A stretch of DNA of 64,000 bases, taken from assembly GCA_016926255.1 (NCBI GenBank), contig JAFGOY010000010.1, forward strand, positions 119,007-183,006. Direction: 5' to 3'. Within the stretch, counting starts at the first letter, position 1, and each line of letters opens with the position of its first letter. This DNA is from Anaerolineae bacterium. Its GTDB lineage: Bacteria; Chloroflexota; Anaerolineae; Aggregatilineales; UBA3940. Shown in pieces: positions 53,660 to 63,755 of this stretch. Under the pieces are notes generated by a model. It searched no databases, had not been told where the DNA came from, and saw nothing but the letters and a program-made list of their open reading frames with translations. The translations under genes and the position numbers were made by a program.

Positions 53660-55993
53660 CTACCGCTCACTATTGGCGACACTGATTGAATGCAGCACGA
53701 TCCGGTCGACTACCCGGTCTCCTGTCTCGGAAACGACAAGCCGCTGCCCGGTCCCGGTGTCGATTAGCCCTGCCGTCAGTTTGTAGCTGCCCGGTGGGAG
53801 ATCGCCGGTGGGTACGATGTGCCGCTGGACGACGATCATCCCCGCTGTCCAATCATCTGTCGCCACCCCCAGCCCGTTGACCACCACTACCGGTATGTTG
53901 CCCGAATCGAGCAGGTGGACGAACAACGTGACTGGCATCTCCGGGCGTTCGCGCACCCACCACCAGGTGGTGACAACCAGCGAGTTGCCCGGTGCGATTT
54001 CGGCGGCGCTGATATCGTATCCCAGCAGGTCGATATAACCGGCGACTGGCAGTGGCAGCGGCACTGCCGGGTACTCGATAGTGGTGTAGGGAAGATCGAA
54101 TGAAATGTTGTTCTGCCAGATGACGCTGCGCGGGCTGCCGTCATTCTGCCGGGCGATAGTGTCGGGCGGTCCCAGGTTGACAATCGGATCAATGTTGGCG
54201 GGAAGCATGATCCAGCCTGCCCCCTCTCTCAGCGCAAGGCTCTGCGTACAGTCGAAATCGAAGACCTGGAGATCGTCGATCCCGGTGCCTTCGATCAGTG
54301 CGGTGCGGCTTTCGAGCGGAGGATCGGCAGCACAGCGGGCGAACCAGGGCGGCTGGACGCTGCTTTCGGGCAGCGCTTCGGGCCGCACCTCGTAGATGTA
54401 GAGGCTGCCCCCGATCACATCGACCGGTGTGTTGTTTCTAAAACTGCCGAAAGCGCCGTCCAGTTCGGGCGGACGCCCTACCAAATTGGTCGCGCTGATC
54501 GCATAGATGCCCGGAGCCGGGTTCAACGGGTAAAAGGTGGCCGGTGGAGGATACCCGGCAGGGGTGGTTTCCGAGGGCAGCATCAGCGCGTTGATCCCGT
54601 AGGCTGCCGGATCGCCGTCACCATAATAGCTGAGGTAGATCAGGTTGATTCCGCGCCGATCCATATACCGGGCCAGCTCCGGTAAATCCTGACCCCAATC
54701 GAGGTTCGACCCGGCGGTGATCTTTGCGCCGTTCTCCAACCCGCCGCCGATGACGTTGATGAAACTCAGGTAGTGGGGATGGATCAGCAGGCCGCTCAGG
54801 ATCACCGGGAGAATCGCCAGCCCGGTGGCGAGTGGCCGTTGTGTGGGTTCGTCGACCAGATCATGGGCGAGGCGGCTGATGAAGATGAACACCAGTGGCA
54901 GTATCGGGAGGAGGCTGCGCATCTCCTGCCCCAGGGGGGTAAACGCGCTTACGGCCAGGATCAACAGCAGCGGGAGGCAGATTTCCCAACGGCATACTTC
55001 CTGCCCTTTGATGATCGCCAGCGCGAAGGCCAGCCCCAGCAGCATCAAAGTGATCAGTGGCAGCTTGGTTCCGAGCAGAATGAACGGCTGGTACCACCAC
55101 CCATTTTGAGAGAAATGTCCCAGCAGGTAAACACGCTGACCGGTTTCGGCCAGCCCCGGTGGAGCCGCCGCTTGAAAACGGATCAACTGGTTCAAATAAT
55201 CATCGATTGGGATTGGTCGCACCAGCCACCCGGTGAGGACGATCCCCAGGATCAGGGCCAGAAACATGATCACAACGCCTGCCCCGGATTTGCCCGTGCC
55301 TGATCTCGGCCTGACCAGCGACGGCAGCATCATCAGACCCGGCGCGAGGATGACGATCAGCGCCGGGAAACCGTTGGCGATGCTCAGGCCGAGCAGCACC
55401 GCGCAGGTTACCGCCCACCCGGTTTTCCGGCGGTGCAGATACCGGCTCCAGCACCACAGGCCGCCGATCCAGAAGGCTGCGTTCGCCAGGTCGAGCGCTG
55501 CCAGATTGCCATGCGCGAGGATGTTCGGCGAGAAAGTCAGCAAGCCCAGCGCCAGCAGTCCGCTCCAGGAGCCGCCGAGGTCACGTGCCCAGCGCCAGGT
55601 GACCGCGCCCAGGAGGAGTGTCAGCCCGATCACCGGCAGGCGGGCCAGGAAGAAAAGGCGCGTGGGAGGCGCTTCCCTGTGCCAGAACAGCGCCTGGCTG
55701 ATCCGCCGCCAATCAGCCGATCTATAACCGGGCAGTGTGTCGACCGGCGGCAGGTTTGTTTCGAGCAGGCTGAACGCCCCAGAGACGATGCTCATCAGGT
55801 ACGGAAGTTCGGCATTTTCGGGGTATTCGCCGCGCAACAAAGCCCGCCCCTGTGCGATCCCTGGCCCTTCGAGCAGCGTCGGCGATTTTTTCAGCGCACT
55901 GTCGACCGCCAGCCCGAACAGGATCACCAGCAGCAGGGCGGCCAGGAGTATAGGGAAGGCTTTTCGTGCAGCATGATTTTCTGGTTCACTCAT
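53660..55993 (-). CDS. GT-C (ArnT/PMT-like) glycosyltransferase
   Basis: KSPT, FLARLP, FSPNILAHG, GWWY, SNLDWGQDL, C-terminal periplasmic domain. Confidence 0.8.
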   Translation of the reverse strand: MSEPENHAARKAFPILLAALLLVILFGLAVDSALKKSPTLLEGPGIAQGRALLRGEYPENAELPYLMSIVSGAFSLLETNLPPVDTLPGYRSADWRRISQALFWHREAPPTRLFFLARLPVIGLTLLLGAVTWRWARDLGGSWSGLLALGLLTFSPNILAHGNLAALDLANAAFWIGGLWCWSRYLHRRKTGWAVTCAVLLGLSIANGFPALIVILAPGLMMLPSLVRPRSGTGKSGAGVVIMFLALILGIVLTGWLVRPIPIDDYLNQLIRFQAAAPPGLAETGQRVYLLGHFSQNGWWYQPFILLGTKLPLITLMLLGLAFALAIIKGQEVCRWEICLPLLLILAVSAFTPLGQEMRSLLPILPLVFIFISRLAHDLVDEPTQRPLATGLAILPVILSGLLIHPHYLSFINVIGGGLENGAKITAGSNLDWGQDLPELARYMDRRGINLIYLSYYGDGDPAAYGINALMLPSETTPAGYPPPATFYPLNPAPGIYAISATNLVGRPPELDGAFGSFRNNTPVDVIGGSLYIYEVRPEALPESSVQPPWFARCAADPPLESRTALIEGTGIDDLQVFDFDCTQSLALREGAGWIMLPANIDPIVNLGPPDTIARQNDGSPRSVIWQNNISFDLPYTTIEYPAVPLPLPVAGYIDLLGYDISAAEIAPGNSLVVTTWWWVRERPEMPVTLFVHLLDSGNIPVVVVNGLGVATDDWTAGMIVVQRHIVPTGDLPPGSYKLTAGLIDTGTGQRLVVSETGDRVVDRIVLHSISVANSER

Positions 55994-56162
55994 GTGGATT
56001 TCTCGATGAACACGATAAGAGAATCAAAGGGATGTTTTGTGGCAAATAAGGACTGGAACCGATTATCTGGTACCTGGCAGTGTAGCACTAACTACCGGAT
56101 TGTGACAAACATCAGCCGGTGGAAGGGCAATAAGTATGAACGACCTGACAGGGCTGACGAGG

Positions 56163-56186
56163 CCCGGGGCTGAAGCCGCCAGGCTA
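56163..56186. repeat. REP-like palindrome, family B
   Basis: CCCGGGGCTGAAGCCGCCAGGCTA differs by 1 nt from 45487-45510. Confidence 0.75.
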
Positions 56187-56368
56187 AACTTCCTGCTTGC
56201 TTCTTAAATCGCTTGTCATAAACAGGCAGCTCGGCTACATTTTCATAGGAAGCTTAGCTGTCAGGTATCCGGGGGCTGTACCCACGTGAAAAGCCGCATG
56301 ACTTTTTGCCTCCTCTCCGTCCTGTGTATATGGGGTACAGGGCCGTGTATCACATAGAGGAGATGGTG

Positions 56369-56869
56369 ATGCCAGATACTATACTCGTTACTTATGCGAC
56401 AAGTCACGGATCAACACAGGAAGTCGCCGAAGCAGTCGCCGCTGCCCTGCGTGAAATGGAACTTACGGTGGATATTCAGCCTGCGCGGAAAGTACGTTCC
56501 CTTGAAGGGTACAGCGCGGTTGTGCTGGGGGCACCGCTCTACATGTTTCGCTGGCACAAGGATGCACGTCGATTTCTGGCCCGGCACCAGAAAGCCCTTG
56601 TCAAACGACCGGCGGCGGTTTTCGCGCTCGGCCCCTTTTATACCGGCGATGAAGCGGAGTTTCAGGGTTCGCGCGAACAACTCGACAAAGAGCTTGCCGA
56701 GTTTCCCTGGTTCGCGCCGGTCGATGTGGTGATATTCGGCGGCAAATTCGAACTGGAGAATCTGCACTTTTCCTACCGGATGTTTATGAAGGAGATACCG
56801 GCAACCGATCTGCGGGATTGGGCGGCGATCCGCGATTGGGCGAACAGCTTACCGGCGAAGCTTCGGTGA
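56369..56869 (+). CDS. Flavodoxin-domain protein (HemG/flavodoxin_5-like)
   Basis: LVTYATSHGSTQEVAE, VVLGAPLY, FGGK, DLRDWAAIRDWA. SD GAGGAG. Confidence 0.85.
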   Translation: MPDTILVTYATSHGSTQEVAEAVAAALREMELTVDIQPARKVRSLEGYSAVVLGAPLYMFRWHKDARRFLARHQKALVKRPAAVFALGPFYTGDEAEFQGSREQLDKELAEFPWFAPVDVVIFGGKFELENLHFSYRMFMKEIPATDLRDWAAIRDWANSLPAKLR

Positions 56870-56900
56870 TTAGATCACACATGGATATTCAGGAGGCGCT

Positions 56901-57623
56901 ATGATGACCCAGAATGCTGCTGTTCAAATCGAGGACTCTGCCTGGAAAGTGCTCTACCGCATCGGCGGCGTGGCCGCCCTGATCGCGGCGTTTGGTTTCA
57001 GGAGAAACATCGGCGCGGAGGTCTCGCTCGCCAGCGCGCAGATGCCGCCCGCCACTGCGGGCGGTTGGTTCGACCTGCTGCAAAGCCGCCGCTTTATTGG
57101 GCTGGCCTATCTCAATCTCTTCGACCTTGTGAATTATGCGCTGCTGGGACTGCTGTTCATCGCGCTGTATGTCGCCCTCCGGCAGATCAACAGGAGCGCC
57201 ACGCTGATCGCCCTGTGTTCCGGCCTGATGGGAGTGGCGGTCTACTTCGCGTCAAACCAGGTCTTTGCCATACTGTCCCTCAGTAATCAATATGCAGCCG
57301 CCGCAGAAGCGGATCGGGCGGCGTTTCTGGCCGCAGGCGAGGCGCTGCTTGCTGTCGGAAATCAGGGCGCGGGTGTCTACCTGGGTCTATTTTTGGTGAC
57401 CTTCGCTGCCCTGATGTTTTCAGTCGTCATGCTGCGGGGCGGCGTCTTCAGCCGCCTGACGGCTTACATAGGAATCGTGGGCAATGCGTGTATATTGTGC
57501 TACTTCGCCACGCTGATCTTCGCTCCGGCGCTCACCTGGCTTCCACACACCGTCGGCGCGATACCGCTGGTGGTCTGGGAGGTACTGGCGGGTCTCCGGC
57601 TGCTGAAGATGGCGAGGGCTTAG
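56901..57623 (+). CDS. DUF4386-like membrane protein
   Basis: About 6 TM helices, LSLSNQYAAA, FSRLTAYIG pattern. SD AGGAGG. Confidence 0.7.
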   Translation: MMTQNAAVQIEDSAWKVLYRIGGVAALIAAFGFRRNIGAEVSLASAQMPPATAGGWFDLLQSRRFIGLAYLNLFDLVNYALLGLLFIALYVALRQINRSATLIALCSGLMGVAVYFASNQVFAILSLSNQYAAAAEADRAAFLAAGEALLAVGNQGAGVYLGLFLVTFAALMFSVVMLRGGVFSRLTAYIGIVGNACILCYFATLIFAPALTWLPHTVGAIPLVVWEVLAGLRLLKMARA

Positions 57624-57640
57624 CTGATAAAAAAACAGGA

Positions 57641-57666
57641 GGGCGACCACAAGGGTCGCCCCTACA
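57641..57666. repeat. GTAG-type REP, family A
   Basis: GGGCGAC-CACAAGG-GTCGCCC-CTACA. Confidence 0.75.
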
Positions 57667-57717
57667 AGACGGAATCAAGTTCTTGGGCAGGTCAGAAAAG
57701 CGGCCCGAAATCCAGAT

Positions 57718-58737
57718 TTAGTATCGCAGCAAGGCTCCGATCCCTTCCGATTTCACCAGCGGCGAATCGACATTGACGAAGGTGACATTCCCACCGAAAT
57801 CGACCGCTTTCGTTACGGCGTTGTCGATTGCTTCGGGGTCGTGGTGATCCTCGATCACCGCCAGGGTTTGCACCCGTCCCGATTTCAGCGCTTTTAGGGT
57901 TTCCTTCAGGCCGACCACCCCGTTCGATCCTTTGGCCGCCGCCGTCTGGATCGCCTCGACGAGGCGTTTCTCGGCGGCTTCTTCGTTCGCCTGGATCACG
58001 GCCAGCGATTGGGCGAGGATTTCGCTTTCTGGTGCATGGAACGAAATCGGGAACATTCCCGCGACCTGCGAGGCACAGGGCTGGGGCATCACCGTTTTGA
58101 ATTTCTGGCAGGTGGGTTCTGATCCACCCAGCAGGATATGATCGGGTTTGTGGCGCGCACAAAAGGCTGTCAGTGCATCGGCAAAGTCTTTCAGGTTGCC
58201 CTTGACCGTCTCGTGGCGGTGTCCGTCTAACTCATCGCCGCGTGCGCGGCCTGCTGCCCCGCCGCCTGATTTGATGCGCTTGATCTCCTCCCCTTCGAGT
58301 GTGTCGGAAGCAGTCAGGTCGCCGAGGTGGAAGTGAAACATCCGGATTTCCTGCTGGTCGACCAGCGCAACGGTGATCGCCCCGTAGCTGTCGATGAGAT
58401 TAACCAGGGGGAGGATAAATGGTTTGTCGGCAACATGGATCGAGCTGTGGCGCAGGGGTACGGCCAGCGGGACGACCTCCCACAATCCGTCGCCCTGCCC
58501 GGAAAAGACGGCGACTCCCCGCCCCATCCAATCGAATTCCTTCTCGAAGAAATTCTCCAACGCTGCAATGTCTTTGTCCGGGGCGCGCCCGGCAGCCGAT
58601 CTGAGCAAATTCTTAAGCCGTGTCCGGTAGGCTTCCGGCGTGGTGCGCAGACGCGGTGGCATGTTCAGGTAAAGGCTCGTTACCGGCTGGGTGCCGCTGA
58701 ATGCCGCAAGCGTTTCGAGGTCTTTGCGTTCAAACAT
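57718..58737 (-). CDS. Bacterial archaeo-eukaryotic release factor (eRF1/pelota-like, baeRF) family protein
   Basis: VTSLYL N-domain, ITVALVDQQEIRMF...LG, Gly-rich loop, HILLGG, GVVGLKETLKALKSGRVQTL, GIGALLRY C-terminus typical of eRF1 domain 3. Confidence 0.8.
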   Translation of the reverse strand: MFERKDLETLAAFSGTQPVTSLYLNMPPRLRTTPEAYRTRLKNLLRSAAGRAPDKDIAALENFFEKEFDWMGRGVAVFSGQGDGLWEVVPLAVPLRHSSIHVADKPFILPLVNLIDSYGAITVALVDQQEIRMFHFHLGDLTASDTLEGEEIKRIKSGGGAAGRARGDELDGHRHETVKGNLKDFADALTAFCARHKPDHILLGGSEPTCQKFKTVMPQPCASQVAGMFPISFHAPESEILAQSLAVIQANEEAAEKRLVEAIQTAAAKGSNGVVGLKETLKALKSGRVQTLAVIEDHHDPEAIDNAVTKAVDFGGNVTFVNVDSPLVKSEGIGALLRY

Positions 58738-58863
58738 AGAATGGCTTCCTCCCTTCAGAGCTGAAGATAAAAACGTGCTGTGGAAGGTTTAGTGTTGGTG
58801 TCGGGATTGTGAAGATGAAGGCGGACCGGTCTCCCCGAATCGGCCCGCCTTGATGATCTGGAT

Positions 58864-60069
58864 TTAATCCTCGCGTGAGCCAACTGTGACCGGTATGTCG
58901 AGCGTTTCGCCGTCACGGATGATGGTCACTGTGATTTCCTGGTCGACGCTGACGTTGCTGACCAGGTAGCCCAGTAACTCGTCGAAGTTATGGATCGGGT
59001 AGCCGTCCAGGGCGGTGATGATATCACCTCCCAGGAGAACGTCGAATCCCCGGAAAACGGTCTGTTCGTCTCCGCCGTGCAGCCCGGCCCGATCCGCGCC
59101 GGAGCCGGGAACGACTTCGGCGATCAATACGCCGTCCGTCACCGGTAGATCATATTCTAATGCAAGGTCGGCGAGCGTAACCTGTGTGTTGGCACTGATG
59201 CCCAGGTACGGGTATTCGACGCTGCCGTTTTCGATGATCTGCGGGACGATCCGCTTGACCGTGTCCACCGGGATGGCAAACCCGACGCCGGTGTTGAGGC
59301 CCGACAGCGATTGGATGGCGTAGTTGACACCGACCACCCGCCCATGCGAGTCGACCAGCGGCCCGCCTGAGTTGCCGGGGTTGATCGCCGCGTCGGTCTG
59401 GATGATCTTGGGGTTGCTGAAGACTCCCGTATCGCTGATCTCGCCGGAGGGCAGGCTGCGCCCAATCGCGCTGACGATCCCCACCGACATCGACCCCGAC
59501 AGGCCAAATGGATTGCCGATGGCGATCACGCGCTGCCCGACCAGCAAATCTTCGGATTCGCCTAACTCGACCGCAACCAGGGTTATGCCCTCCGGTGGGG
59601 TGACCTGCAGGACGGCGAGGTCAGCGTAGGTGTCATAGCCGAGCACTTCGGCTCGTAAAACCATGCCATCGTAGAAGGTGACGCGCACCTCGTCGGCGTC
59701 CTGGATGACATGGGCGTTGGTTACGATGATCCCTTCCGGGTCGATCACGAAGCCAGAGCCGGAGGCATAATCCAGCAGTTCGTCGCTGGTTCCATCCTCC
59801 TGGCTGACGTCGATGTAGACGACCGCCGGGTTGACACGCTGGTAGACATTGATCAGCAACTGCTCCTCGGCGTCTGCCTCGGCGATCAGTTCTTCGGGAA
59901 TCGGAGTTGGTATGCTGGTCTGCGGAGTGGCGATGATCGCCGGTTCCGCTGCACTGCTTTGCCCGACGCTGCTGCCCAATGTCGGCGCGGCGCAGGCGAG
60001 GGTCGCCAGTACCAGAAAAACCGGGACCAAAATCGTTAATTTATTGCCATGTTGGCGTTTGCTAATCAT
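58864..60069 (-). CDS. HtrA/DegP-like trypsin serine protease with PDZ domain (lipoprotein)
   Basis: Lipobox LAC, SGSGF, TNAHV, DLAVL, QTDAAINPGNSGGPL, PDZ. Start set at ATG 60069. Confidence 0.93.
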   Translation of the reverse strand: MISKRQHGNKLTILVPVFLVLATLACAAPTLGSSVGQSSAAEPAIIATPQTSIPTPIPEELIAEADAEEQLLINVYQRVNPAVVYIDVSQEDGTSDELLDYASGSGFVIDPEGIIVTNAHVIQDADEVRVTFYDGMVLRAEVLGYDTYADLAVLQVTPPEGITLVAVELGESEDLLVGQRVIAIGNPFGLSGSMSVGIVSAIGRSLPSGEISDTGVFSNPKIIQTDAAINPGNSGGPLVDSHGRVVGVNYAIQSLSGLNTGVGFAIPVDTVKRIVPQIIENGSVEYPYLGISANTQVTLADLALEYDLPVTDGVLIAEVVPGSGADRAGLHGGDEQTVFRGFDVLLGGDIITALDGYPIHNFDELLGYLVSNVSVDQEITVTIIRDGETLDIPVTVGSRED

Positions 60070-60117
60070 AGTACAGTTAACCTCTATCAAATCCTTCAAA
60101 TACCAATACCACAATTT

Positions 60118-61095
60118 CTATTGATGATAACGGTAGCCTCTCTGGGCTGCCAGTTCGTTGAACAACCGGTGTTCCTCGTCCGTCAGGTCGGTGGGCAGTT
60201 CCACGCCGACCCGCACGTACAGGTCGCCGTGATCATCTGGATCGCGCAGGTGCGGCATCCCTTTGCCCCTCACGCGTACAAGCTGGCCGGGCTGGGTTCC
60301 GGGGTTGATTTTCAGGGTGACTTTGCCCTCCATCGTCGGGATATCGACTTCGCCGCCGAGCACCGCCGTGTAGAGATCAATGGTTACCTCGATCACGAGA
60401 TCGTCTTTGTCACGGCTGAAGCGTGGATCGTCGCGCACGCGGACTTTGAGGTAAAGGTCGCCGACCTCCCCGCCGTTGATCCCCGGTGCGCCTTCGCCCG
60501 CAATGCGGACCCGCGTACCGGTGCGCGCCCCCCTGGGGATTTTTACCTGTAAGTTCCGACCGTCTTTAGCCAGCATCCGGGTGGTGCCGTAATAGGCTTC
60601 TTCCAGCGAAATATCAACATCGGTCGTCAGGTCCTGGCCCTTCAACTGCTGCTGCTGATATCGCTGGCCGCCGTGCCGCCCGCTGCCGAACAGATCGTCG
60701 AATCCAAAACTGGCCGAACGCTGCCCGCCCATGCCCGACATACTGGCGAAGATCGCCTCGAAGAAGTCCGAGAAACCGCTGCCGCCATATTCGACGCGCA
60801 CGCTGCCCGGCTGCCCGCCCATCCACTGTGACCAGTCGAAGCCATCCGGCTGCCCGCCAGTTTGCTGGTAGCTCTGGTAGCTGTGCCTGATCTGATCGTA
60901 CTTGGCTCGCTTCTCCGGGTCTTTCAGTACCTCGTAAGCCTCGTTGATCTCTTTGAATCGCTCTTCTGCCGTCGGGTCGTCGGGATTGGCATCGGGGTGA
61001 TGCTGGCGAGCCAAATTTCGAAATGCCTTTTTGATCGCCGCTGTGTCCGCGTTCTGGGAGACGCCTAATACTTTATAGTAATCCTTATATTCCAT
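60118..61095 (-). CDS. DnaJ-class (CbpA-like, no zinc finger) co-chaperone
   Basis: J-domain with HHPD, G/F region, DnaJ_C (GDLYL, GTQPG, GKGMP). Confidence 0.92.
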   Translation of the reverse strand: MEYKDYYKVLGVSQNADTAAIKKAFRNLARQHHPDANPDDPTAEERFKEINEAYEVLKDPEKRAKYDQIRHSYQSYQQTGGQPDGFDWSQWMGGQPGSVRVEYGGSGFSDFFEAIFASMSGMGGQRSASFGFDDLFGSGRHGGQRYQQQQLKGQDLTTDVDISLEEAYYGTTRMLAKDGRNLQVKIPRGARTGTRVRIAGEGAPGINGGEVGDLYLKVRVRDDPRFSRDKDDLVIEVTIDLYTAVLGGEVDIPTMEGKVTLKINPGTQPGQLVRVRGKGMPHLRDPDDHGDLYVRVGVELPTDLTDEEHRLFNELAAQRGYRYHQ

Positions 61096-61504
61096 CCAAC
61101 CACCAACTCATTCAATATCGGTAAATACGACAATATCCCCATCCACCGTTTGCAGACAGGCGATAGTCTATTCTATTTGATTCTAGTCTCTGGCGGGAAT
61201 CAGAGTCAACTGTTGGGGAGCTTTTTTACGCTGGTCTTATGAGAACTTAATACTTTGCTAATGATTTGTGGGTACAGGAGCGAGTTGCTCCCGTTCTACT
61301 CTTGTAGAGTACAGAGTCACACATTCCTCGTAAATTGCCTCCTGTTATGCATTCTGTGTGAAGTCATCCTTGACCACTAGCGGTGATCACACTTAACACT
61401 TTTGCCTTTGCTATTGATGAATGCCAGTATGTACTATAATTGTCTCGGAATTGGGCACAAATCTCTTGTAATAAGTAATTGCATCATTTATAAGGTGGCC
61501 CTGC

Positions 61505-63439
61505 ATGACTAACATGATAGGCAGACTGATAGGTGGTAGATACCGGATAGAAGGAAACCTTGGTCGGGGGCGAAGTGCATATGGAGACTCATACCGGGCC
61601 ATAGACACTAATTTAGATCGAGAAGTTGCTTTAAAGCTTCTTCCTCGAACATTAGAGTTGCAAAATCCACATACTAGAGCTCGCTTTAACCGCGAGGTAA
61701 ATGTTCTGAAGGCATTGGATAACGCTCATATTATCAAGGTGCTGGATGCTGGAGATGATGAGGAGTATGGTGTATACCTCGTATCCGATTTTAAACGAGG
61801 AGGTAACCTGCGAACCTATCTAGAGGGTCACGCTCGTGGGCTGAAGAGAGAAGATTTTTTCCGTTTGTTTGTACCTTTAGCCGACGCGATAGATTATATC
61901 CACCGAAAAGGCATCCTCCATCGCGATCTGAAGCCGGAGAACGTTGTTCTAGACGATACCAATGCACCGCACTTGGTTGATTTTGGTATTTCTTATATTT
62001 TCGATGGAACAGATATTACTCGGACCGGAGATAGAATCCCTGGTACTTTTGCATACATGGCTCCAGAGTTGTTTGACTGTAAAGGAATGCCTTCAAAGCA
62101 ATCCGATATATACTCTTTTGGCGTTATGATTTACGAGGTATTAGAGGGCAACTTACCGTTTGAGGGGACTGAGAGACAAGTCATAGCTGGCCATCTGGCT
62201 CTGCCCATTCCGGATCCTTTGGTAATGAGGGAGAAAATGGGTGATGAGTTTGTAAAAATCATCACCGAGAAGGTCTTAACCAAGGATCCAAGGGATCGTC
62301 CCGCATCAGCGAATAAGTTGTTGAATGAACTAAGCATAGCAGTATATGGTGAAAAAATACCTGCGAATTTTGTAACCTCATCACTAGGGCCCAATGGGTG
62401 GCTACGATACTTCTGGATCCCATTGGTCGGTTCATTAGTTGTATTAATTGCAGCACTCATCACAAGCTTTGGGCCTAAAGTCTATGACACATTGATGGTT
62501 CGGGCCACGTCTGCGGCTGGGCTGAGAGGTACGAAGACTGCAGAGGCAAAAGCTTCGGGCACAACTGTTGAACTGAATACGTATACGGTTGAAGCACGTG
62601 AAACGGAATTAGTACAGGCACGGGGGGCTGAAAGCATTGTTGCACAAGCAACTAAAACGGCGGATGAACAAGTTATTGAAACCCCCACCCCGACCTACTC
62701 TCCAATTCCCACTGCCACCACTACGGCTACTCCAGCCGCATCTAGCACGCCTTATCTGACCGCGACACCCACTTCTACCGCAACCGATAATTTGGATGCC
62801 ACTGGGACTTCATATGTGGAGACACAATATGCAGTCATCATAGCTACAAGGGCTGCTCAACGAGCGACTATGTACTCACTGTTGGATGAAGCGCTAGCAG
62901 ACTATGGTAAAGTACCGCAGTTCGTGGAGGCTCTCCATCAAACAATGCCTAGCGAGGGGCCTGTTAGTGGCGGTCTCGCCCATGAAGAAAATGACTTTCT
63001 TGAAATTAGATGTTCTTATGACAGTTATAAGGACTTTATCGCTGAAGTTACATTCACCAATCCGTATTCAGCCAATTTTTACAGATTCTCGTTTGGCTTT
63101 CTCTTTCGGTATGATAGATCTGATAACCATTATCGCTTATATGTAGTCTCACCCGACAAATGGGTGCTGAACAATTGGACAGGAACAGATTCTTATAGTA
63201 TTACCCAAAATGGCACTTTCCCAATAAATACGGAGGAAAATGGAACAAATAGCTTCCTTATGGTGGCAAAGGGAAATCAGGGATTGCTAATAGTTAATGG
63301 TATATTTGTCTCTCAACTCGATTTATCTCACCGAGAAAATTTTGGAGAGGTGTGTATAGGTATAGGGATGGTTAATAACAGTGAGTTGAACGGATTTAGT
63401 ACTGGGTTTCAAGATTTTAGCCTTTGGCATGTCCAGTAA
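61505..63439 (+). CDS. Hanks-type Ser/Thr protein kinase with TM helix, Thr/Pro linker and extracellular domain
   Basis: VALK, HRDLKPEN, DFG, GTFAYMAPE, SDIYSFG. Visibly AT-richer than its flanks. Confidence 0.9.
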   Translation: MTNMIGRLIGGRYRIEGNLGRGRSAYGDSYRAIDTNLDREVALKLLPRTLELQNPHTRARFNREVNVLKALDNAHIIKVLDAGDDEEYGVYLVSDFKRGGNLRTYLEGHARGLKREDFFRLFVPLADAIDYIHRKGILHRDLKPENVVLDDTNAPHLVDFGISYIFDGTDITRTGDRIPGTFAYMAPELFDCKGMPSKQSDIYSFGVMIYEVLEGNLPFEGTERQVIAGHLALPIPDPLVMREKMGDEFVKIITEKVLTKDPRDRPASANKLLNELSIAVYGEKIPANFVTSSLGPNGWLRYFWIPLVGSLVVLIAALITSFGPKVYDTLMVRATSAAGLRGTKTAEAKASGTTVELNTYTVEARETELVQARGAESIVAQATKTADEQVIETPTPTYSPIPTATTTATPAASSTPYLTATPTSTATDNLDATGTSYVETQYAVIIATRAAQRATMYSLLDEALADYGKVPQFVEALHQTMPSEGPVSGGLAHEENDFLEIRCSYDSYKDFIAEVTFTNPYSANFYRFSFGFLFRYDRSDNHYRLYVVSPDKWVLNNWTGTDSYSITQNGTFPINTEENGTNSFLMVAKGNQGLLIVNGIFVSQLDLSHRENFGEVCIGIGMVNNSELNGFSTGFQDFSLWHVQ

Positions 63440-63591
63440 TGTGTAGAGCCACTGACACTTCCTCTCTAACTTCCCAACGGCGATTATTGTGTGAACCAGG
63501 CTGTCAATGTTACACACAATCCGAGACACTCGAATAAACTGACATCCTGCTTTTTTATTTGATACAACTATCCCGATATTGTTCACAACCA

Positions 63592-63620
63592 TTGAAAAAT
63601 CAGGCGTCCTGTGATAGCAT
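63592..63620 (+). promoter_or_regulatory. Candidate sigma70 promoter of the nuo operon
   Basis: TTGAAA, 17-nt spacer, TG-n-TAGCAT. Confidence 0.55.
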
Positions 63621-63755
63621 TCTTTCAGTTTGCTTGACTTCAGTACGATACCTGCCTGCTCACCTGCTGGGGTGAGATCGACGGGTAGCGAGCCAGCCTG
63701 TGCCCGCGAAAATGAACAAGTTCACCGGTCGGCAAGTCTCTCAGGAGATAGCTCC

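Noticed and set aside
61180-61209. CIRCE or HAIR heat-shock operator upstream of the J-protein gene
   Set aside because: Only a promoter-like TTGACT-18-TAGAAT with a short CTCTG-N8-CAGAG repeat. It matches neither TTAGCACTC-N9-GAGTGCTAA nor CTTGAGT-N7-ACTCAAG.
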